Assembly: GCA_011371305.1 (NCBI GenBank)
Contig: DRQW01000137.1
Coordinates: 1 to 41,889 of the forward strand
Direction: 5' to 3'
DNA: 41,889 nucleotides
Source: Anaerolineae bacterium
GTDB lineage: Bacteria > Chloroflexota > Anaerolineae > J102
In this document: in pieces, positions 35,395 to 41,889 of the stretch
Layout of the letters: each line of letters opens with the position of its first letter
How positions within the stretch are numbered: position 1 is the first letter of the stretch
The notes under the pieces: generated by a model
Databases searched by the model: none
Told to the model about the DNA's origin: nothing
What the model saw: only the letters and a program-made list of their open reading frames with translations
Position numbers and translations under genes: made by a program

Positions 35395-36948
35395 TTACAC
35401 ACGGCCTTTTAGCACCGCCGCGGGGAGGAAGGTGAGGGCGCGTTCTCGTAAGATCAGGCTGGCCAACACATAACTTCCCAGGCCTACTGCACCACCAAGC
35501 AGCACTTCGAGCCAGGGGGTGGAGGTGACATCGCGTACCCAGGAAAGCGTCCATGACATCATGAGTGCCATGAAGATGGTGGCCAGGGACACACGCGCCA
35601 GGGTACGAAAGGTGGATCGGCCATCCACCGACCCCCAGCGTTTTCGCAGAATGAGCATGAGGATGATTACTTCCAGGGTGGTGGCCAGTGAATTGCCCAA
35701 TGCCAGGCCGCCGTGGCCCAACCAGGGCATCAGCAAAACTCCGAAGGCCAACGTCATCCCACCGGAAAGTGTCGCCACCAGTAAGGGGGTGACCGTGTCC
35801 TTCTGGGCGAAAAAAGCTCGGGCAGTCAATTCCAGGGTGGCGTGGCCCACCAGTCCCAACGCGAAAAATGCTAAGGCGACATAAATGGCCTCGATGGCCG
35901 CGGCATCGAACGCGCCGCGTTGATAAACCATCTGAAGCGCAGGGCGCCCGAGCAGGATCAGCCCGGCTGTGGCGGGGACAGTGAGGGCAACAACCGCGCG
36001 AGTCGTTTCGGCCAGGGTGGTTTTCAATCCTTCCCGGTCTTCCCGCGCGGCCAGTTCGGCCAGGGTGGGAAAGGCAACCAGTCCGAACGCGGTGCCGATG
36101 ATGGTTTCGGGCAATTGCATGGCATCCCAGCCCCATTCCAGCGCGCTGACGCTCCCCGCGGTCAGTCGCGACGCCAGATTGGTCATCAGTACAAGGGTCA
36201 GTTGAAACACAGCCAGGTCCAACACGCGCGGCCCCAAAAGCACTCCTACCCGCCGCACTGCAGGGTCTTGCCATCCCAAAATCGGGAACCAGCGGAAGCC
36301 GAAGTGGAGCAAGGCCGGGACCTTGATGCCCAGATGGAGGGCGGCGCCCAACACCGCCCCCACGGCCAACCCTCGCACTCCCATGATAGGCGTCAACCAC
36401 AGCGCCCCCGCGATCACCCCCAAGGGATAGACCGCAGGCGCCAGCGCGGGAAGCAGGAAATGTTTGAATCCATGGAGCGCGCTTCCCTGGACCGAACTGA
36501 TGGCGAACAGGATGGTAGAGATGAGGACGATGCGCATTAATCCTGCGGTTTCCATCTGGTGCGCTGGGGAAAATCCGGGCGCGATAATGTGCTCCACCAG
36601 GGGTTGGGCGAACATGGCCGCCACGGCGGCAAAGACTAGCGCGACCAGGACGACCAGGTTGGTGATGGCGCTGGTTAGCCGCCACGCGCCTTCCCTATCG
36701 CCCTGACTGACGAAATCCGCAAACACAGGAATGAACGCGGTGGCTAGTGCGCCGCCCGCCACGACCGTGAACAGTAGATCGGGGATGCGGAAGGCGGCGT
36801 AGTAGGCATCAAGGGCCGGACCAATGGTGAAGTGCTGAGCGATAACGATGTTTCGGGCCAGTCCTGCGCCCGCGGCCAGGAAAAAGGAGCCGGCCACGAT
36901 CAGCGTATTCAACGCGATATGCCGATTTCGGTCCTGTTGGGTGCTCAT
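35395..36948 (-). CDS. murJ: lipid II flippase MurJ (MviN)
   Basis: 517 aa polytopic protein with typical MurJ N-terminal region (LARNIVIAQHFTIGPALDAYYAAFRIPDLLF). GGAGA lies 11 nt before ATG 36948. Confidence 0.9.
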   Translation of the reverse strand: MSTQQDRNRHIALNTLIVAGSFFLAAGAGLARNIVIAQHFTIGPALDAYYAAFRIPDLLFTVVAGGALATAFIPVFADFVSQGDREGAWRLTSAITNLVVLVALVFAAVAAMFAQPLVEHIIAPGFSPAHQMETAGLMRIVLISTILFAISSVQGSALHGFKHFLLPALAPAVYPLGVIAGALWLTPIMGVRGLAVGAVLGAALHLGIKVPALLHFGFRWFPILGWQDPAVRRVGVLLGPRVLDLAVFQLTLVLMTNLASRLTAGSVSALEWGWDAMQLPETIIGTAFGLVAFPTLAELAAREDREGLKTTLAETTRAVVALTVPATAGLILLGRPALQMVYQRGAFDAAAIEAIYVALAFFALGLVGHATLELTARAFFAQKDTVTPLLVATLSGGMTLAFGVLLMPWLGHGGLALGNSLATTLEVIILMLILRKRWGSVDGRSTFRTLARVSLATIFMALMMSWTLSWVRDVTSTPWLEVLLGGAVGLGSYVLASLILRERALTFLPAAVLKGRV

Positions 36949-36954
36949 ACTACG

Positions 36955-38271
36955 CTATTCTCCGGAAATAACTTCCAGATAGCGGGGATTGAGGGCTTCG
37001 GCGCGGGCGAAGGCTTGCGCAGCTTCCTTTTCACGCCCCAGGGCCAGAAGGGCCATACCTTTCCAGTAATACACTTCTTCGATTTGATCGCTGGTTTGAA
37101 GGGTCGCTTCGGCCAGGGCCAGCACTTCCTTGAAGCGGCCGGTCTCATAATACGCTTTGAACGGCGTGAATTGATACCACAACATGCGCCAGGGCAAGCC
37201 CAGTAGTCGGGCCTGATCGAAAGCTTGTGCGGCAGGCTCGTATTCTCCCAATGCAGTTCTGGCACTCCCCAGGTTGAACCAGGCGAACGCGTCTTCTGGA
37301 TTTGCCGCGATCTCCGCTTCGGCCCGAAGTTTAGCCTCCTCCCACATTTTCCTCGGGTCCACGTCCTCACCCAGGATGGTTTCGATGCGCGCGGCGCTTT
37401 CCGGTTCATACACCACCAGATAGGTCCGATTGAATACTTTCCACCATGCGTCGAACGCATCATAGTCCAGGCGGATGCCGCGATAGGGCTCCCCTTGTTT
37501 CACTCCTTCGCTAACATACGAGTCATAGGTGATCCATGTCCTCGTGGCGTCATCATATCCCACGATGAGGCGATAGTGGCCCATGCCATCGTTGGGTTCG
37601 GGAATCAACCAGGTTTCGGTCAGCACCGGCACACCAGCCACGATCAGGCGCTTGAGTCGTTGGGCATCGCCATTCACCAATACGCGGGCGCGAAAACCCT
37701 GTTCTCTGGCAAACGCGGCCAGTTCATGGGGATTCACGTTTTTGTCGTCATCATGATGACGCAAGGCCCGGCGGATATCTGCCTGGGTGAGCGAACTACC
37801 GAAGAAGCTCAGGTGCATGGCCAGCGTGGCCGGGCCGCAGTTGTTCCAGGTTTGCCAGGTGTGTCGGATGCCTGTGAGGGAAAAGGATGGAGGCAGTGGC
37901 GGCCAGGGGGTAGGGGTGGCGGTGGATGTTGGGGTTGATGTCGGAGTTGAAGTGGGTAGGAGACGTTTCGTCGTAGTCGGTTCTTTCTGGAGAACGGTGG
38001 TTGTGGGGGATGGTGCGGGTGAAGGTGTGCTGGTCGGCGTAGCAGGCTTTGTGGTAGTCGGAGAGGGGGAGGGGGATGGGGTAGGCGTGGGTAAAGGCGT
38101 GGGAACAAAGGCCGGGTGAGCGCTGGCCCGACGCGCGGCGAACTCGATACGTAAGCGACGGTAAAGTCCCCGGGGGCCTTGATAACGCCAGCTGCCAAAA
38201 ATCAATAGCAAGAGCACAGCCAATGCGGCCAATGCACCGAGTCCGATGAGAACAGGCTTCCAACGTTTCAT
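36955..38271 (-). CDS. membrane-anchored C39-like cysteine peptidase domain protein with Pro/Thr linker and C-terminal TPR repeats
   Basis: Start MKRWKPVLIGLGALAALAVLLLLIF (38271). Linker PTPTPSPSPSPTTTKPATPTSTP. Cys motif WNNCGPATLAM and His motif GMGHYRLIVGYDD. TPR-like C-terminus. Confidence 0.7.
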   Translation of the reverse strand: MKRWKPVLIGLGALAALAVLLLLIFGSWRYQGPRGLYRRLRIEFAARRASAHPAFVPTPLPTPTPSPSPSPTTTKPATPTSTPSPAPSPTTTVLQKEPTTTKRLLPTSTPTSTPTSTATPTPWPPLPPSFSLTGIRHTWQTWNNCGPATLAMHLSFFGSSLTQADIRRALRHHDDDKNVNPHELAAFAREQGFRARVLVNGDAQRLKRLIVAGVPVLTETWLIPEPNDGMGHYRLIVGYDDATRTWITYDSYVSEGVKQGEPYRGIRLDYDAFDAWWKVFNRTYLVVYEPESAARIETILGEDVDPRKMWEEAKLRAEAEIAANPEDAFAWFNLGSARTALGEYEPAAQAFDQARLLGLPWRMLWYQFTPFKAYYETGRFKEVLALAEATLQTSDQIEEVYYWKGMALLALGREKEAAQAFARAEALNPRYLEVISGE

Positions 38272-38375
38272 TCTTTTCAGTATATCATGATTGTTTGAAA
38301 TTGATGGACGGGCAACGAACCATCGCCTGGCGATGTCCCTACGTGTTTGCGTCGCGCTCCGAAGCCATATGGAAG

Positions 38376-38404
38376 TTGATCCCCGCATGAAAAATGGTTA
38401 TGAT
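38376..38404 (+). promoter_or_regulatory. candidate promoter for the formimidoyltransferase gene
   Basis: TTGATC (38376-38381), 17 nt spacer, TATGAT (38399-38404), 48 nt before ATG 38453. GAGG ribosome-binding site at 38439-38442. Confidence 0.45.
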
Positions 38405-38452
38405 ACTGAGCACCGGCACCATTCCCAATTCAACTCATGAGGTTCCACAGCC

Positions 38453-39352
38453 ATGAAACAAAAACGCATCGTTGAAGCCGTACCCAATTTCTCCGAAGGA
38501 CGCAGGCCCGCGGTCATCAAAGCCATTGTGGATGCCTATAACAGTGTGGAAGGCGCGCGCGTCATCGATTATTCTTCGGACCCTGATCACAATCGGACGG
38601 TAGTCACCATTGTGGGTGAGCCGGAGGCGGTGAGTGAAGCCCTGTTCCGCGGGATCGCGAAAGCGGCTGAGCTAATCGATATGGATGCACATGAAGGGGA
38701 GCATCCTCGTATTGGTGCGACCGATGTGGTACCTTTCGTGCCCATAAAAAATGTGACCATGGAGGAAGCGGTGGAAATGGCCCGGTCGCTGGCCCAACGG
38801 GTGGCCGAGGAATTGGGGATTCCGGTCTATCTGTACGCCAAAGCCGCGACGCGGCCCGATCGTGAAGTGCTTTCCAGGATTCGGAAGGGCGAGTATGAGG
38901 GGCTGAAAGCGGACCTGGAAGCGGGCAAGGAGGAGCGATTCCCCGATTATGGCCCGCGTAAGCTAGGTAAGGCCGGCGCCACCGTCATCGGCGCGCGACC
39001 GCCTCTTATCGCTTATAACATCTATCTGACCACGGACGACGTGAGCATAGCCAGGAAGATCGCCAAAGCCGTACGTCATTCTTCGGGCGGGCTGCGTTAT
39101 GTACAGGCCATGGGATTGCTGGTGGAAGGCCGGGCCCAGGTTTCGATGAACCTGCTGGATTACACAAAAACGCCTGTGTATCGGGTGACGGAGCTTGTAC
39201 GGCGTGAGGCCGCCCGATACGGCGTGGCCATCCATAGCGCGGAGTTAGTGGGGCTCATCCCCCAACAAGCGTTGATCGACGCAGCCCAATGGTATCTTCA
39301 GCTCGATAATCTCACGCCCGAGGGCATCCTCGAAAACCATCTGGAAGCATAA
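38453..39352 (+). CDS. ftcD: glutamate formimidoyltransferase (FtcD N-terminal domain type)
   Basis: Hallmark N-terminus VEAVPNFSEGRR. 299 aa. Confidence 0.88.
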   Translation: MKQKRIVEAVPNFSEGRRPAVIKAIVDAYNSVEGARVIDYSSDPDHNRTVVTIVGEPEAVSEALFRGIAKAAELIDMDAHEGEHPRIGATDVVPFVPIKNVTMEEAVEMARSLAQRVAEELGIPVYLYAKAATRPDREVLSRIRKGEYEGLKADLEAGKEERFPDYGPRKLGKAGATVIGARPPLIAYNIYLTTDDVSIARKIAKAVRHSSGGLRYVQAMGLLVEGRAQVSMNLLDYTKTPVYRVTELVRREAARYGVAIHSAELVGLIPQQALIDAAQWYLQLDNLTPEGILENHLEA

Positions 39353-39358
39353 ACCAGC

Positions 39359-39859
39359 ATGGAATATCTCGTCGATGGTCACAATCTCATTGGCCAGGGG
39401 CTCATTCCAGGCATCCATCTCGACCAGGAGGATGACGAGGAGCGCCTCGTGCGGTGGTTGCGCGCGCGGCAACCGCATCTGAAGGCGAAAATCACGGTTG
39501 TTTTCGATGGCGGCATTCCCGCAGGAACGTCGTTGGCGCTTACGGGGGGCGGGGTGACTGCGGTTTTCGCGGCCCGATATCGGAACAAAGCCGACCATGT
39601 CATTCTTTCACGCGTGCGTCAGGCCACCCGCGCCTCCCACATCACCGTGGTGACAAATGATTGGGAATTACGTCAGGAGTTACGCCGATTGGGCCTGAAC
39701 GTGATCTCAGGCGAAGCATTCATCCGTTTGTTGCAACGACGGCCCACTTCATCTCCCGGATCATCTGACCAAAAGCTGAAGCCAAGAATGTCGAAACGCG
39801 AGGTGGATGCATGGCTACAACTTTTTGGCGCGTCCGGCAATGAAGATGAGGCAATGTAA
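39359..39859 (+). CDS. YacP/Rae1-like NYN domain protein
   Basis: MEYLVDGHNLIG ... VVFDGG ... ADHVILSRV ... VVTNDWELR. 166 aa. Begins 6 nt after ftcD. Confidence 0.75.
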   Translation: MEYLVDGHNLIGQGLIPGIHLDQEDDEERLVRWLRARQPHLKAKITVVFDGGIPAGTSLALTGGGVTAVFAARYRNKADHVILSRVRQATRASHITVVTNDWELRQELRRLGLNVISGEAFIRLLQRRPTSSPGSSDQKLKPRMSKREVDAWLQLFGASGNEDEAM

Positions 39860-39904
39860 CAGCTTCCGTGCGGGGTCATCCGTACTCGGTGTTTTCATCC
39901 CACT

Positions 39905-41209
39905 ATGACCAACGATAGCCCTCTCACCCGACGGGAAACAGAAATCCTGGGCCTCATTGCTCAGGGGCTGAGCAACGATGAAATCGCTCAGCAGTTACAC
40001 ATCAGCCCCAACACCGTCAAAGTGCATGTGCGCAACATCTTCGAAAAGATGGGGGTGCAGTCGCGCACCGAAGCTTCCATCGAGGCGGTGAAGCGGGGGT
40101 GGGTGGAGCTGCCCGGGTTGTCGATGGAACGGGAAACGCCTCAGCCTCCATCGTGGCAGCCGTTGGCTGATCCCTTTTCGCCCTGGTGGTGGGGCGTGTT
40201 GGGTGGGATTTTGATCTTGGCGTTGGTGATGGCGTTTTGGCCCACCCAAACCTTTTATGGGGCCACCGACGCCCCAGCTTTCACGACCGATATCGCATTG
40301 CCCATAAGTCAGCCCTCCCCGCGTGTGGATGTGGCTCGGTGGTCATTGCTTTCCCCAATGCCCACAGCCCGTAGCCGGGCAGCCGCAGCTTTCTTGTCGG
40401 ACGGTTGGCACATCGTGGGTGGGGAGAACAGCCGTGGGGATCTAGATGTACATGAGGTTTACAATCCCGGTTGGGATCAATGGGTCACGACCACGCCCCG
40501 GCCCGTGGCCGCGCGCGGGGCAGGGGCCGCGGGGCTGGATGGCCGGCTTTATGTGGTGGGAGGATGTAACGGCACGACCCCGCTGAAACGTACAGATGTG
40601 TTTGATCCGGACTCGGGCATCTGGCAGGTAGCTGCACCATTGCCCCGGCCTTTGTGTGGGCTGGGTTTGATCGCGTGGCAGGGAAGCCTTTATGCCTTTG
40701 GGGGTTGGGATGGGACCCGGGTTCGCGAGGAAGTGTATCGCTTTGAACCTCAAACTGGGACATGGGTCCCGCGCGCCGCCATGCCCGAAGCTCGAGCATT
40801 TATGGGTATGGCGGTGGTGGACGATGGGGTTTACCTTCTGGGAGGATCAGACGGCCAGGAACAACGGGCGGAGGTGTGGGTGTATCGCCCTACCGAGGAT
40901 ACCTGGTCCCAAGCTCCTTCCATGCCCCGACCAAGCAGCGGGTTGTCGGCAGCTGCGGATGCGGGTTCCATTTACGTCATTGGTGGTGGTGAAGGTGAAG
41001 AGGATTATCCGCGCGAACGGTTTGATCTGACCACCCAAAGCTGGTCCACCCTGGACGCACCCCGCAAAGGTCCCTGGCATCATGCTTCTGCAATGATGAT
41101 CGGCCCGAATCTGCATATCGTAGGGGGATGGGGTGGTGATTTTCTTGCCATCCATGAGGTTTATCAGGCATCGCATCTCCTTTTCTTGCCCACCCAGCGC
41201 GGCCAATAA
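39905..41209 (+). CDS. membrane-tethered LuxR-family HTH protein with extracytoplasmic Kelch beta-propeller
   Basis: N-terminal HTH LTRRETEILGLIAQGLSNDEIAQQLHISPNTVKVHV, one TM helix (WWWGVLGGILILALVMAFW), then about six Kelch-like blades (..LYVVGG.., ..LYAFGGWDG.., ..VYLLGGSDG.., ..IYVIGGG.., ..LHIVGGWGG..). Confidence 0.8.
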   Translation: MTNDSPLTRRETEILGLIAQGLSNDEIAQQLHISPNTVKVHVRNIFEKMGVQSRTEASIEAVKRGWVELPGLSMERETPQPPSWQPLADPFSPWWWGVLGGILILALVMAFWPTQTFYGATDAPAFTTDIALPISQPSPRVDVARWSLLSPMPTARSRAAAAFLSDGWHIVGGENSRGDLDVHEVYNPGWDQWVTTTPRPVAARGAGAAGLDGRLYVVGGCNGTTPLKRTDVFDPDSGIWQVAAPLPRPLCGLGLIAWQGSLYAFGGWDGTRVREEVYRFEPQTGTWVPRAAMPEARAFMGMAVVDDGVYLLGGSDGQEQRAEVWVYRPTEDTWSQAPSMPRPSSGLSAAADAGSIYVIGGGEGEEDYPRERFDLTTQSWSTLDAPRKGPWHHASAMMIGPNLHIVGGWGGDFLAIHEVYQASHLLFLPTQRGQ

Positions 41210-41665
41210 AATCAGGTATGTCCTTCACACGATGATGTAGAGACACGGGGAGAGGGATACGGGCCGTTCACAATGGGAGTTTCTTTCCTGCTCTTTGTGT
41301 TTCCGTGGTGAAAGGTTTTTCAGGAAAAGTCATTTTGGGGATGGATTATCCGAAATACTCTGGGCTCACGAATCGAACAGGAGCTGGGCAGGGCGGATGC
41401 ATTGGAATCTTAACTGACTGAAAGTATGTAATGTGTGTGCAAGGACGTCGTATTGATATAAGTTCGGTTGATTTTTACGTTCGGAGGACTAAGCGAAGTA
41501 ATCTTCGCATTGTGAAAATCTCTATCAAAAATATCAATTTTTCCATCAATTTTTTCTTTTTGCGCGTCATCTGCAGCGATCATTGTAGATTTGTGTGTGA
41601 TAATAGAATGTAAGCGCTGACATACCCTTCAACCCATATCACATTCACTATGGAGGTTATCAAAA

Positions 41666-41889
41666 ATGGGACGTCGTTATACTCACTTTGTTGGTCAAAT
41701 CATCGCAGTTCTGACGGTTGCCGTGTTGCTCTTGGGCGTAATGGGGTTGGTTGCCACCCCGTACGGCGAGCTGGATGCTGACTGGATCGGTGCGGCCCCG
41801 GCCATGGACCCGGATGGCGAACTGGATGCTGACTGGATCGGTGCGGCCCCGGCCATGGACCCGGATGGCGAGCTGGATGCTGACTGGAT
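41666..41889 (+). CDS. partial gene (runs off the window): signal/TM-anchored protein with 17-aa tandem repeats
   Basis: GGAGG (41652-41656) then ATG 41666. MGRRYTHFVGQIIAVLTVAVLLLGVMGLVATPY followed by GELDADWIGAAPAMDPD repeats. Not in the ORF track because no stop codon occurs before the window ends. Confidence 0.6.
   Translation, partial: MGRRYTHFVGQIIAVLTVAVLLLGVMGLVATPYGELDADWIGAAPAMDPDGELDADWIGAAPAMDPDGELDADW
41765..41889 (+). repeat. in-frame 51-nt tandem repeat (2.4 copies visible, truncated by the window end)
   Basis: Units at 41765-41815, 41816-41866 and 41867-41889. They are identical except for one synonymous GAG/GAA change. Confidence 0.9.

Noticed and set aside
35375-36685. 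436-aa same-strand alternative-frame ORF inside murJ
   Set aside because: Its composition is Arg/Pro/Gly-rich. The MurJ frame gives a coherent polytopic membrane protein.
41431-41613. 60-aa ORF in the AT-rich region
   Set aside because: The product is low-complexity Ile/Asn/Phe/Lys-rich, generated by AT-rich DNA, and there is no ribosome-binding site.
41765-41889. Tandem repeats as a possible CRISPR array
   Set aside because: The units are contiguous with no spacers, are 51 nt long and in frame with an upstream ATG and signal peptide, and no cas genes are present.
1-41889. Whole window as a defence island, prophage or integrative element
   Set aside because: No integrase, transposase, recombinase, restriction-modification, toxin-antitoxin, Cas, reverse transcriptase or phage structural genes are recognisable. 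Gene content is mainly core and accessory metabolism.

Overview
This 41.9 kb window is a GC-rich bacterial chromosomal segment. I recognised no rRNA, tRNA, CRISPR array, transposase, integrase, reverse transcriptase or phage genes. About 38 protein genes are supported, mostly housekeeping or accessory metabolism. In order they are: an AmmeMemoRadiSam-type radical SAM gene; a nadE / AI-2E transporter / thioredoxin-like operon; an SplB-like radical SAM repair gene; a TgpA-like transglutaminase operon; rpiA; proC-like / USP / sixA-like; a GAF histidine kinase with a dual-receiver LuxR regulator; glnA; acpP; mobA; an alkyltransferase-like (ATL) protein; a short prepilin peptidase; an FG-GAP propeller protein; galK; a DAG-kinase-like lipid kinase; a NYN/OST-HTH protein coupled to dinB; rhodanese + sufE; aceB-aceA with a divergent aceK; a C39-like/TPR protein + murJ; a formimidoyltransferase + YacP-type NYN protein; a LuxR-TM-Kelch regulator; and a truncated tandem-repeat protein at the right edge. 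I see no known defence or mobile system. The most unusual content is non-coding. (1) A family of long imperfect palindromic intergenic elements bounded by GAAAAT/ATTTTC, at 6056-6186, 13994-14108 and 24619-24791. (2) A 17-nt motif that is identical at two loci and abuts the start codons of sixA and galK, neither of which has a Shine-Dalgarno sequence. (3) A 46-nt repeat, 45/46 identical, in two unrelated intergenic regions. (4) A dispersed AAAATAGA..ATTTC word in at least five intergenic regions. Other points worth a look are a Cheo-type (GAAC-N4-GTTC) SOS box inside a strong promoter of an apparently leaderless radical-SAM repair gene, a palindromic operator candidate in the aceBA/aceK control region, the NYN-dinB coupling, the C39-like-murJ coupling, and an AT-rich region preceding a gene with perfect 51-nt in-frame tandem repeats. 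Taxonomy cannot be established from the window. The SOS-box type, leaderless starts and FG-GAP/Kelch/Pro-Thr-linker proteins are compatible with a Chloroflexota-like or other non-proteobacterial lineage, but that is only a guess. All coordinates and motif matches were read by eye; no searches or folding programs were run.
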